DNA of 29,999 nt, from positions 1-29,999 of IMG/VR virus record IMGVR_UViG_3300021433_000016; one strand, 5' to 3'. Below, piece after piece: positions 8,434 to 16,586 of this stretch (position 1 is its first letter; the number at the start of each line of letters is the position of its first letter). A program made the position numbers and the translations under genes. The notes below the pieces were generated by a model, which saw only the letters and a list, made by a program, of their open reading frames with translations, did not search any database and had not been told where the DNA came from. This DNA comes from a virus. Lineage: Duplodnaviria; Caudoviricetes.

Positions 8434-8565
8434 TCATCGCAGCCACTCCCAAACAATCGCTGCGCACGCGGCCCAGCAGAAGAGGCTAAAGGCCAAACAC
8501 TTCAAGCCGTAGGCGTTGAAGGCGATGACTCGGGGCTCAGGCTTTGGTTCCCAGGTTAGGCTCAT
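8434..8565 (-). CDS. small membrane protein
   Basis: Hydrophobic 'CLAFSLFCWAACAAIVWEWL'; ATGA overlap. Confidence 0.55.
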   Translation of the reverse strand: MSLTWEPKPEPRVIAFNAYGLKCLAFSLFCWAACAAIVWEWLR

Positions 8566-8774
8566 GGCTGCACCCATTTCTGTATAGGCATGGGCACTTC
8601 CATGAGTGCTTCTACATAAGCCCTCCCTTTTGCCGTGGTGATCCAATTGCCCGCCGAGGTTTTTTGTATCATTCCATCGCGCTCCAGTTCTTCTAGCGTA
8701 GTCGATGAAATGTCCGGCTTTGGAATTGTATGGGCGTCAATAATTGCCCGAATGTAGTACGGTGCAATGCTCAT
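8562..8774 (-). CDS. small winged-helix-like protein
   Basis: 'LEELERDGMIQ...WITTAKGRAYVEAL'; GGAGG RBS. Confidence 0.55.
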   Translation of the reverse strand: MSIAPYYIRAIIDAHTIPKPDISSTTLEELERDGMIQKTSAGNWITTAKGRAYVEALMEVPMPIQKWVQP

Positions 8775-8959
8775 GCCTCCCCCTTTTCTTCCCACTGCTC
8801 CTTAAAGTCTGCGATGGCTTCCTGCTCGGTTGCGCCAAAGCCGATAATCCCGCCCGGTTCTTCGCCGTCGCTCGGTTCGTAGGTGTCATCGTCGTAGGCG
8901 CACCAATCGAATTCGCGAATAGGAATAGCGGGATAGACGTGCTCAGTAACAATTTTCAT
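8771..8959 (-). CDS. conserved acidic phage hypothetical protein
   Basis: 'MKIVTEHVYPAIPIREFDWCAYDDDTY...IGFGATEQEAIAD' is a recurring small phage family; ATGA overlaps. Confidence 0.7.
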   Translation of the reverse strand: MKIVTEHVYPAIPIREFDWCAYDDDTYEPSDGEEPGGIIGFGATEQEAIADFKEQWEEKGEA

Positions 8960-9264
8960 GCCTTCCCCTTTCTTGCCGCCATCTCGGCATCGGACCTCAA
9001 TTCGTGCACGCGGTTTCCATGCCAATCTCTATCCCCCGGCCAATCGCTATGAAATACATATTTGTCTAGTACTGCAAGGAGTTCTTCCTTGTGAATGGGG
9101 CAATCCACGATATTGTCAACGGGAATAGCCTTTGTAGCGGCACGGCATTGGTCGGGAAGATCGTTCAAAACAAGCGGCGTCATGCAAATAGATTCGCCCT
9201 CGTGGACCGCGACGAACATCGTAGACATTCGATCGTTGCATTCAATAATGATGAAGCGCTTCAT
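8956..9264 (-). CDS. hypothetical protein
   Basis: GGGAG RBS; coupled to its neighbours. Confidence 0.55.
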   Translation of the reverse strand: MKRFIIIECNDRMSTMFVAVHEGESICMTPLVLNDLPDQCRAATKAIPVDNIVDCPIHKEELLAVLDKYVFHSDWPGDRDWHGNRVHELRSDAEMAARKGKA

Positions 9265-9415
9265 TTTCAATTCTCCCTCGGCTGGCAACGATTGACCAGC
9301 CATGAATCCAGGCCTTCCCGCAAAACGCGCTTGTTGCGATCTTCCGGCGTCTCAACGAGCGTCTTAACCACGGCGTCCCGCGCGATCTTATGAACTTCGT
9401 TGGTTTCTGTGCTCA

Positions 9416-9601
9416 TTAGGCGTCCTTCACTTGTCTGACATGCTTATTAAATCCAGCTCGTAGCTTGGCAGCACGCACCATTGCATTCGTGGCTGGAGAA
9501 TAGAAATTCCATTTGCCGCAAGAGCATTCCGAATGATGGTAGCCTTGTCGTTTCGCCGCATCTAAGTAAAAGTCGATTCGCCTATGTTCCGATTCGATCA
9601 T
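9416..9601 (-). CDS. hypothetical protein (CSCG...H motif)
   Basis: 'SECSCGKW...FNKHV'; ATGA overlap. Confidence 0.6.
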   Translation of the reverse strand: MIESEHRRIDFYLDAAKRQGYHHSECSCGKWNFYSPATNAMVRAAKLRAGFNKHVRQVKDA

Positions 9602-9816
9602 AATCCCTTCGCTTTCTTGAGTGCGGCCTCAGCTAACGCTATTGCTTTACGGGCTTGACATCCGGGGCAATCGTCGCCGTGTCCCATCCGGCATTTTGGA
9701 TAATCGAGCAGCGGCAATGCGGCTTCGAGTGCGGCGTAGAGTTCTGGAAAAGTCTTTTCATAATGCTCAAGTCGCGGCCGTTCGCGGTTCAATGCACGAA
9801 TTCTTGCTTGCGTCAT
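9598..9816 (-). CDS. hypothetical phage protein
   Basis: 'PELYAALEAAL...AEAALKKAKG' is typical of small phage early proteins; GAGG RBS. Confidence 0.65.
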   Translation of the reverse strand: MTQARIRALNRERPRLEHYEKTFPELYAALEAALPLLDYPKCRMGHGDDCPGCQARKAIALAEAALKKAKGL

Positions 9817-10049
9817 TTTGTTTCCTCTCCTTGTGGCGCGGAGCCGTGAGCTACACGGCGCTGTATAAACGTCCAAAACTCCCCTTTGCACGCCCTGCAC
9901 AAATCCCTTTCCGTGGTTGAAGGGATGCTATTCTCAATGAATGGGCGCTCGTAGTACGAGATGGCAAGCCAATCGTGAGGCAGGAGGCGAATGTTACCCT
10001 CTAGTGTGGTTCGCGATCCGCAGCGATCACAGCGGCGCTCAGTGCTCAT
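9813..10049 (-). CDS. small Cys4 zinc-binding phage protein
   Basis: 'CDRCG...DLCRAC'. Confidence 0.65.
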   Translation of the reverse strand: MSTERRCDRCGSRTTLEGNIRLLPHDWLAISYYERPFIENSIPSTTERDLCRACKGEFWTFIQRRVAHGSAPQGEETK

Positions 10050-10172
10050 AACTGTGTTTTCCTTTCGTCCCCCAACCGTCCAGCCTTTCAATCTCTTCGA
10101 CTCGACTAGTGTTTACGGCTTTTCGCTCAATCGAGCAACTGCGTCATTTTTCATCCCCTCCCGAGTGTGTCT

Positions 10173-10355
10173 CTACGGCAAGGTCATGCGCGTTTTCCAC
10201 CAAACCGAGTATTCGGCACACCATTCAGCGATGTCCTCGTAGCTGTTGAAGTGTTCTGGCAACTGAGGCGCATTTAGTAGCTTTTGCCGAGTGCGATCAT
10301 ATTGCTCATCATCCTTGATCTGCTTGGTGATCATCCAGTCTTCAAATGTGGTCAT
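10173..10355 (-). CDS. hypothetical protein
   Basis: ATG at 10355 overlaps the stop of a small upstream membrane ORF. Confidence 0.5.
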   Translation of the reverse strand: MTTFEDWMITKQIKDDEQYDRTRQKLLNAPQLPEHFNSYEDIAEWCAEYSVWWKTRMTLP

Positions 10356-10438
10356 TTCACGCCTCGCAGCCAAACCAACGTAAACGCAATACCGAATAAG
10401 AACGCCACAAACTGCCATGTTTCACAACTCACGAACAT
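10352..10438 (-). CDS. 28-aa membrane peptide (below the ORF-track cutoff)
   Basis: MFVSCETWQFVAFLFGIAFTLVWLRGVK; AGGGAG RBS; ATGA coupling. Confidence 0.5.
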   Translation of the reverse strand: MFVSCETWQFVAFLFGIAFTLVWLRGVK

Positions 10439-10569
10439 TCTCCCTCTGGATCGTCGAGGTCATTTTCGCCTGATCCGAACGTGCCGCTCTTTGTGGGATA
10501 CATACCCAATGCGTTACGCATACTTCGACGCGCCGACGCTCCGCACGCGCGGAGACGCACGTACAGAGC

Positions 10570-10773
10570 CTATTGGAAACGGGCGTCACCCATCTCCTTC
10601 AATTGCGCCCGCAATTCTGGCGACTCGAAAAGAATCGAGCATCCACACCTAAATTCTGGGCAGTCCCACCAAGCGCCGCACCATCGTGTCTCAGGCGATT
10701 GACGGTCAAGCGGACGTGGAACCATTCCAACGTTGTGAGAGGGGCAGTGGACTGCTACAAGGGCGGTTTCCAT
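10570..10773 (-). CDS. small Cys/His metal-binding protein
   Basis: 'HCPSH...WCGAWWDCPEFRCGCS'. Confidence 0.55.
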   Translation of the reverse strand: METALVAVHCPSHNVGMVPRPLDRQSPETRWCGAWWDCPEFRCGCSILFESPELRAQLKEMGDARFQ

Positions 10774-10776
10774 CGC

Positions 10777-10962
10777 TCACCGCCCCACTCTCTGGATGCT
10801 GTCGAGTCGCAGCGTGTCGATAATGTCGGCAACGGCTATCTGATCGGCAACTTGCTGGATGCTAAATACCTCGTGGGAATTAAACGGATCGTGCCGCGCA
10901 ATCATCGCGCACATTGCACCGTCATGCCCAATCGCTCGATAATCTTCAGTTCTTTGCGTCAT
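10777..10962 (-). CDS. hypothetical protein
   Basis: GGGAGG RBS before ATG 10962. Confidence 0.55.
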   Translation of the reverse strand: MTQRTEDYRAIGHDGAMCAMIARHDPFNSHEVFSIQQVADQIAVADIIDTLRLDSIQRVGR

Positions 10963-10987
10963 TTTTGCCTCCCGAGTGTGACGCGTC

Positions 10988-11374
10988 CTAACAAGATACC
11001 AGCGCAGTACCTTTGGGCCGCCGATTTTTAGCCTGATCCATCCATGAAGCCCAGCGGCAATTGGATGGCTCGTAATTTCCATCATTGTCGATGCGCTCCA
11101 AAGTGAATCCTTTCGGCTTTGGTCCCATATCTTCCCGGAATGCGTCAAAGGACTTTAGCCATCTTTCGCAAACCGTAATTCCCCGCGCTCCATAATATTT
11201 GTAACCACGATTGCGCGGATTGTAGCAGCGACCCTTCATATCTTTCCAAGTCGAGTACAAAGGCACCCCTTGGATCGTGTCGATTTGCTTTCTGGTACAA
11301 GGTTTGCAGCGTAGCCATCTCTTGGCGTTTTGATACGTCTCAGTAGAGCCACAATGTTTGCAAACCCAAACCAT
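10988..11374 (-). CDS. HNH-like endonuclease with N-terminal CxxC...CxxC
   Basis: '[15 protein letters not shown]...[12 protein letters not shown]...[19 protein letters not shown]'. Start set at ATG 11374 from the adjacent promoter. Confidence 0.85.
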   Translation of the reverse strand: MVWVCKHCGSTETYQNAKRWLRCKPCTRKQIDTIQGVPLYSTWKDMKGRCYNPRNRGYKYYGARGITVCERWLKSFDAFREDMGPKPKGFTLERIDNDGNYEPSNCRWASWMDQAKNRRPKGTALVSC

Positions 11375-11380
11375 GCGAAG

Positions 11381-11409
11381 AATATACACAATTCCCCCAA
11401 AACGTGCAA
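11381..11409 (-). promoter_or_regulatory. leftward sigma70 promoter giving a leaderless mRNA
   Basis: Minus strand reads TTGCAC, 17 nt ending TGTG, TATATT, 6 nt, ATG. Confidence 0.75.
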
Positions 11410-11459
11410 GCACTATCTTCGTCTTGTTTTCAACGAGTTGCGCTGTGGATATTTTTGCC

Positions 11460-11489
11460 TTGCACGAATTGTGCGGAATGTGATACGGT
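11460..11489 (+). promoter_or_regulatory. rightward sigma70 promoter
   Basis: TTGCAC, 18 nt, TACGGT with a TG extension. Confidence 0.5.
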
Positions 11490-11496
11490 ATTTTCA

Positions 11497-11738
11497 TCGG
11501 CGGGAACGTCGAGAGACATTCCACAAACAGAGCGGCCTGTAAGACTGAGGAGAAACTGACGGACATTTCGCACCCGAGGCGGCTGAGAGTAAAGGGTGCC
11601 GACACGGATTCGAAAGGGGCTGTGGCCTTGAATCCGGCGAAACGGGAATTCAAGTCTCAGGCGGTTCTCCAGAGGATAGGCCAATCGCACACAGCGCAAG
11701 GTCCAGCGAGGATCACACCGCAGCATTCTCGCTGGTTT
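11497..11738 (+). ncRNA. candidate multi-stem ncRNA / structured leader
   Basis: GAGA-tetraloop hairpin 11503-11522; nested stems 11534-40/11676-82, 11549-54/11665-70, 11570-75/11594-99, 11605-13/11628-36; 11-bp terminal hairpin 11703-11735 followed by TTT. Confidence 0.6.
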
Positions 11739-11745
11739 GACTGCT

Positions 11746-11928
11746 ATGTACCACAAAACACCAGACGGCTATCTCAAATGCGAATGTGGGCATAAGTGGT
11801 TTCCGCGCAAGAACGCGCCTGAGCCTAAACGCTGCCGCAAATGTGGCGCACCCGCAACGATCAGCAAGCGAGAAAAAGCTGGTAACCCTAACTGGACAAA
11901 GCCTTTGCACTCGGCGGCTGTCGTTTAA
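11746..11928 (+). CDS. small zinc-ribbon protein
   Basis: 'KCECGHKWFPRKNAPEPKRCRKCG'. Confidence 0.7.
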   Translation: MYHKTPDGYLKCECGHKWFPRKNAPEPKRCRKCGAPATISKREKAGNPNWTKPLHSAAVV

Positions 11929-11954
11929 TTGGACAAGAGCTTATGAACAAGTGG

Positions 11955-12129
11955 CGCAAGCCGCAAAGGCTGTGTAGGCAGGGAAACCGAGCCTATCATG
12001 GTGAGCCTTAAACAAATGCCTACCATCCGGTGCGCGACCGTAGCGCGGAAAGCAGGCGACGGGTTGTATCCACGGGGGACAAAGCCCTAGTACCGGAGGC
12101 TCACCATTCCAAATTTTGCGGTCTCTGCG
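11955..12129 (+). ncRNA. candidate multi-stem ncRNA
   Basis: Perfect ATGGTGAGCCT/AGGCTCACCAT (11998-12008/12097-12107); 12026-33/12090-97; 11960-68/12114-22; GG-GAAA-CC hairpin. Confidence 0.5.
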
Positions 12130-12377
12130 GTGAAAACGGCATTCAGGAGTTAGCTTTTCCGGCATGGAGGATTGAGGCGAAAACAGCTGAAGATGCGCAG
12201 AGTATTGAAACGGCTGACGGGTTAAGGAGGTGGTTGCGGTCTCGATCCTGCCCAATCATACGCGCATCGTTGAGACAAGCGGAGTGTATGGGCCTGTCTG
12301 GCGAGGAAACTTATGCGAGACTAGCCTACCATGCGCTCGTTGCATTGGAGAAAATGGGTAATAATATACTCTCCTGA
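12030..12377 (+). CDS. hypothetical protein (start uncertain)
   Basis: The C-terminal 'GLSGEETYARLAYHALVALE' looks like a real phage protein; the 5' part overlaps the structured region. Confidence 0.4.
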   Translation: MRDRSAESRRRVVSTGDKALVPEAHHSKFCGLCGENGIQELAFPAWRIEAKTAEDAQSIETADGLRRWLRSRSCPIIRASLRQAECMGLSGEETYARLAYHALVALEKMGNNILS

Positions 12378-12430
12378 ATGGAGATGAAAATGGAAGATAA
12401 AGAGGCCGTGACATGGCTAACAGTTTGGCT

Positions 12431-12787
12431 TCACTTGGCCGGGGAGAGTTTTTCCAAGATTGTGAGAGTATCCCCGTTTGGGAGAGTGAGGCGCAAGCCA
12501 GACCCGACTGCCGGGTCGGGCGAAACCGTCGCATCTGAGTATTCGCACTTGGAGCTAGTGATCCCAAGGAATGACACATGCGTTAAATTCTCGGATGCGG
12601 GCTTATATAGGGATTCAGTTGTAAAAACTAGCCCAAGGTCGCCTGTAAAACTGTTGGCGAAACCAGTCAGCTTGAGCCGCACAGATTTGTCTGCCGATAC
12701 GAACCAAACGATTACCGGAACATGCTCCGTAACCCATTTGTGCAGCACTAAATCAGCATCGCTTGAAGAAATAATGTTGGCGCTCAT
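12431..12787 (-). CDS. hypothetical protein (isolated reverse-strand gene, moron-like)
   Basis: GAGGG RBS; plausible beta-rich protein. Confidence 0.55.
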   Translation of the reverse strand: MSANIISSSDADLVLHKWVTEHVPVIVWFVSADKSVRLKLTGFANSFTGDLGLVFTTESLYKPASENLTHVSFLGITSSKCEYSDATVSPDPAVGSGLRLTLPNGDTLTILEKLSPAK

Positions 12788-13291
12788 GACGGAATCCCTC
12801 GGGGAGCGAGAGGCGATTCATTGGTGTAAAGAGTTGGGGTTCCTTGCATAGCGGCGCGAATTATACTTTCATTCAGCGCGGCAATTATCGTTTTTGTTTG
12901 ACTCTTGCAAGAAGACTATATGCGGCACCTGAACACTTGTTGCGCCCCTCGGCAATTTTCAAAATAAACTTGCTTTGCAGTCCTCGTCTGTGGTAAATCT
13001 TTGCGTGTAGCCAGCCGGATGGGGCTTGTCGAGTTCTGCATCCGTTCGCAATTCAATGCCTATCTGCGTCTCAAAATGATTGGATTGGAATTAAAAGACG
13101 GGGAACCCGAAACCCTGCGGGACGCAACGCGGGAATTAAGCGACATTATTACCCAGCGTGGGTGGGACCTTAGCGCCTATACCTTCATGGCGCTAAACGT
13201 TTATGACCCTGTTCAAAAGAGAAACGTCAGGCGGCTAGAAGCCACCACGAAGCCATTTCACCACGGCGTTTTGGTATAAACCTCGGAATCC

Positions 13292-13621
13292 ATGACAATA
13301 GGCGTTCTTGAGCATTACCAGTCCCTTTCTGATCAGCCCAAGCATTTTGTGAGCGGCACCAAAGCTCGGCGCTTAGTCAGTAAGTTGTGCGTAGCTGTGA
13401 GACTCGCTAAGGATCGCATCAAGTTGACCGTGGCGCATTCGTGGTCAATCGTGAAGCTCTGGCTGAAAGGGATTGATCCTGAGCGCGAAGCAAGATCGGC
13501 GAAGATGTTGGAGAACGAGCGCATCCAAGCAGCGCAAAGGCTTAAGAATAAGCGCGATAACCCCGAGGGGGCGCAGTTTGGATTCTCGCGGTGGCCTTCA
13601 CCGGATTTGAGGAGCTTATGA
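13292..13621 (+). CDS. hypothetical protein
   Basis: Starts a chain of overlapping ORFs leading to terS. Confidence 0.55.
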   Translation: MTIGVLEHYQSLSDQPKHFVSGTKARRLVSKLCVAVRLAKDRIKLTVAHSWSIVKLWLKGIDPEREARSAKMLENERIQAAQRLKNKRDNPEGAQFGFSRWPSPDLRSL

Positions 13622-13827
13622 GCGATAGCTTCGTGTTTCTGTGTAACGCCTGCAGTAAAAATCAATGCGATTGTATGGTCACTGAGTCTATCCCCGAGCG
13701 GAACATCTGGGCCGGCGACACGTATCATCAACGCTGTGTGCCTTCTGGCGTGAAATTTTGCGCACCAAATCAAGTCATTGCACTCGGAACAACTCAGCAA
13801 GTTTCATCTCACGGAATTATGTTTTGA
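13618..13827 (+). CDS. small Cys-rich hypothetical protein
   Basis: AGGAG RBS and ATGA overlap; 'CNAC...CDC...HQRC'. Confidence 0.55.
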   Translation: MSDSFVFLCNACSKNQCDCMVTESIPERNIWAGDTYHQRCVPSGVKFCAPNQVIALGTTQQVSSHGIMF

Positions 13828-14009
13828 TGCTTACCGCTAAGCCAGTCTGTACCGTGGAAATTCCCGTAGGTTCCTATCTCGGCGAATCATGGACCTTCGT
13901 ATATACGCACATCATGATAGCGGCGGTATTTCGCAACGGGCTTAATTGTTGGTGTATCCCTATTGGTAAACGACCCCTGACTTCCGAAGAGTTTTATGCG
14001 TACCGCTGA
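13827..14009 (+). CDS. hypothetical protein
   Basis: TGATG overlap with the upstream stop. Confidence 0.45.
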   Translation: MLTAKPVCTVEIPVGSYLGESWTFVYTHIMIAAVFRNGLNCWCIPIGKRPLTSEEFYAYR

Positions 14010-14020
14010 CACAATCGCAA

Positions 14021-14563
14021 ATGGCTAAAGCAGAAACAGGTTTCAAGCAGCGGCGGACTCGCTTCGTCAAAGAATACCTGCTCGATCAGAACGCAACTCG
14101 GGCTGCGAAGGAAGCAGGATACAGCGAAAAAACGGCTTATTCTCAAGGGCAAAGGTTGTTGAAGGATGCTGAAATCAGCGCCGCGATTGAATCCGAGAAT
14201 GAGCGCATCAATTCCAAGCTCGATCTTACGCTTGAGCGCGTGCGGCAAGAGATTGCACGACTTTGCTACTACGATCCCCGTAAATACTGGAATCCAGACG
14301 GCTCCGCGAAGCCCTTGACTGAGCTTGACGAGGACTCGGCGCGGGCTATTTCTGGCTTCGAGATGGCAGAACTGTTCTCTGGCAGCGGGGAGGAGCGGGC
14401 GGCGGTCGGGTACATCAAGAAGTTCAAATTGGCCGATAAAACTCGGGCGTTGGAGCTGGCCTCCCGGCATCTCGGGGCCTTGCGTGATCGTGTAGAAGTT
14501 ACAGATACTAACCTGATTCTACAACGGTTAGCTGCTGGCAGGGAGAGAATTGCCCGTTCTTGA
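14021..14563 (+). CDS. terS: terminase small subunit
   Basis: 'RFVKEYLLDQNATRAAKEAGYSEKTAYSQGQRLL...KFKLADKTRALELASRHLG' (Terminase_2 pattern). Confidence 0.93.
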   Translation: MAKAETGFKQRRTRFVKEYLLDQNATRAAKEAGYSEKTAYSQGQRLLKDAEISAAIESENERINSKLDLTLERVRQEIARLCYYDPRKYWNPDGSAKPLTELDEDSARAISGFEMAELFSGSGEERAAVGYIKKFKLADKTRALELASRHLGALRDRVEVTDTNLILQRLAAGRERIARS

Positions 14564-16034
14564 AGTAAGCCCAGATGTGCAAATAGCTGAGTTTTTGGCG
14601 GAGTGCTATGCCGATCCGTTGAGGTATGTCTTGGGGGCATATCCTTGGGGTTTACCGGGCCCCCTCCAGGATGAATTGGGTCCAGATGAAGTCCAGATTG
14701 AGTTCCTGAATTCCCTTGGCGAAGAGGTTCGTAAGCGCAAGTTTGACGGCCGCACGCCTGTAATGCCCATCCAGATGGCTGAATCTTCAGGCCACGGTAC
14801 CGGCAAGAGCGTCCAAGGTGCATGGATAGCGAACTGGATTTCTCAGACTCGGCCAAACAGCATAGGAACTGTAACTGCCGGCACTTTCAAGCAGTTAGAC
14901 GAGAGGACGTGGGCTGCAATTCAGGCATGGACGAAGATGTCGATAGCCGCCCACTGGTTTGACATCCAAGCTGGCGGAATCTACCATAAACAGTTTCCCG
15001 ACACATGGAAGATTCAGGCGCAGACTTCAAAAGAAGAAAATGCGCAAAGCTTTGCAGGTCAACACGCTAGGACTAGCACTTCATGGTATCTGTTTGATGA
15101 GGCATCCGAAGTTCCTGATAAGGTTTTCCACACGGCTTACGGCGGATTGACGGACGGCGAGCCAATGATGTTCGTATGGGGCCAACCAGTCAGGAATACT
15201 GGCGAGTTTTACCGCATCTGCTTCGGCGATCTGGCTCCTCGCTGGAATCATCGTACAGTTGACAGTCGCAAGTCTAGGTTTACCAATAAATCCCTTATCC
15301 AGCAGTGGATTAGCGACTACGGCGAGACATCCGATTTCGTTAAGGTGCGCGTGTTTGGCCTGCCTCCTTCTGCTTCTGAGTTGCAGTACATCGACAAGGC
15401 CCGAGTAGATGCGGCACGAAAACGCAAGCAAGTAGCGATGCCGGATGAGCCGATCATCGCAGGGTTTGACGTTAGTGGTGGAGGTAAGGCTTGGAATGTC
15501 ATACGCTTCCGAAAAGGACTTGATGGAAACCTTACAGACCTTAAGCCAATCCGGATACCCGGAGAGCACGATCCTGACCGAAGTCAACGGGTGGGGTTGT
15601 GCGCAGAGCTGCTTCGAGATCAGAGGCCGGGACATAAGCTAGCCGCGCTGTTCATTGACTCTGCCTTTGGTGCACCTATCGCTGTGAGACTAAAGGCTCT
15701 AGGGTTCACGAATGTATTCGAAGTGAACTTTGGGGCTGCCTCGCCTGATCCGCACTTCCTGAACATGCGCGCCTACATGTACGGCAAGTGTAAGGAATGG
15801 CTAAACTTAGGCGGATTGCCAGATGATGAAAACCTGTGCTCACAACTTTGTCTTCCGGGCTATCACATCAACAATTCCGGCAAGCTTGTGATTGAGTCCA
15901 AGGCCGACATTCAGGCGCGTGGAGAGGCCTCGCCAGACGATGCTGATGCCTTTTGCCTCACATGGGCGCAAACTGTGGCGATTCCTAAGCGAAAGCCGAG
16001 CTATAGCGGAGGCGCGCACACAGCATGGTCATGA
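14550..16034 (+). CDS. terL: terminase large subunit
   Basis: Walker A 'SSGHGTGKS', Walker B 'YLFDEASEV', nuclease 'AGFDVSGGG' and 'SPDDADA'. TTG start overlaps terS. Confidence 0.95.
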   Translation: MPVLEVSPDVQIAEFLAECYADPLRYVLGAYPWGLPGPLQDELGPDEVQIEFLNSLGEEVRKRKFDGRTPVMPIQMAESSGHGTGKSVQGAWIANWISQTRPNSIGTVTAGTFKQLDERTWAAIQAWTKMSIAAHWFDIQAGGIYHKQFPDTWKIQAQTSKEENAQSFAGQHARTSTSWYLFDEASEVPDKVFHTAYGGLTDGEPMMFVWGQPVRNTGEFYRICFGDLAPRWNHRTVDSRKSRFTNKSLIQQWISDYGETSDFVKVRVFGLPPSASELQYIDKARVDAARKRKQVAMPDEPIIAGFDVSGGGKAWNVIRFRKGLDGNLTDLKPIRIPGEHDPDRSQRVGLCAELLRDQRPGHKLAALFIDSAFGAPIAVRLKALGFTNVFEVNFGAASPDPHFLNMRAYMYGKCKEWLNLGGLPDDENLCSQLCLPGYHINNSGKLVIESKADIQARGEASPDDADAFCLTWAQTVAIPKRKPSYSGGAHTAWS

Positions 16035-16114
16035 GCGACTTCTGGAAAGGATTCGTCGTCGGCGCTGGACTGGTCTTAGTGGCAGGGTTTGTGATTTGGA
16101 TGGTGACGGCGTGA
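16031..16114 (+). CDS. 27-aa single-TM peptide
   Basis: MSDFWKGFVVGAGLVLVAGFVIWMVTA; ATGA-coupled to the terL stop. Confidence 0.5.
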   Translation: MSDFWKGFVVGAGLVLVAGFVIWMVTA

Positions 16115-16116
16115 AC

Positions 16117-16153
16117 TTGACTGCAGCAGGTAACCTAGGTAACCTAAGTTACC
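16117..16153 (+). promoter_or_regulatory. promoter with overlapping operator repeats (leaderless transcript)
   Basis: TTGACT, 17 nt, TAACCT, 8 nt, ATG. GGTAACCTA twice (16129-16146) plus inverted AGTTACC (16147-16153). Confidence 0.7.
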
Positions 16154-16495
16154 ATGAACGTAAAAGGGATTCAGGGTGGCTTGCTCAGTCGAGCGAAGGC
16201 AGATGCAATCTTGCGCGGTCAAACTCTTACGGAATGGGTAATGACGGCGATGGAGGCGAGGCTTGAAAAAGCTGACGATAGCGGATTGCGTACTAGCGAA
16301 CCTCGAGAAGTGCTATCAAAATCTGATGAGCGAACCGAACCAGTCGCTCACCGACCTGATGTTACTGGCCGTGATGAAGCGGCAGATTCAGGAACTCCGC
16401 TCTGCCCCGATGACGGAGACCCATTAGTTTGGAACAGAGTTCTAAGTCGATGGATGTGCGCGTGCGGTTACCAAGGAAAAGTCCAAAAGCGTTAG
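16154..16495 (+). CDS. ribbon-helix-helix DNA-binding protein with C-terminal zinc ribbon
   Basis: 'MNVKGI..GLLSRAKADAILRGQTLTEWV..AM' RHH pattern; 'LCPDDG...WMCACGY'. Confidence 0.65.
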   Translation: MNVKGIQGGLLSRAKADAILRGQTLTEWVMTAMEARLEKADDSGLRTSEPREVLSKSDERTEPVAHRPDVTGRDEAADSGTPLCPDDGDPLVWNRVLSRWMCACGYQGKVQKR

Positions 16496-16586
16496 ACTCC
16501 CGCCTTCCGGCCCACTACTCCAAACCTGCAAAACTGAGCGAGGCCCGCACCGAATCGGTTGAGCGCACATGGTCGGAGTCAGACGA

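Noticed and set aside
11545-11662. Hammerhead ribozyme (CTGAGGA at 11545, GAAAC at 11639, GTC at 11654)
   Set aside because: The core words are present, but stem II would have only one base pair and stem III is very weak; stronger competing helices exist.
11549-11671. tRNA/tmRNA-like element (paired ends finishing CTCCA, TTCAAGT loop) or TPP riboswitch (GCTGAGA)
   Set aside because: No proper T-stem, D-arm or anticodon arm, no tag ORF, and the TPP flanking consensus is missing.
12378-12851. 157-aa plus-strand ORF
   Set aside because: It is the antisense shadow of the 12431-12787 minus-strand ORF, which has the better RBS and composition.
13001-13279. ORF or structured RNA (8-bp inverted repeat TTAGCGCC/GGCGCTAA)
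   Set aside because: No clear RBS or motif and only isolated hairpins; could not decide, so it was not called.
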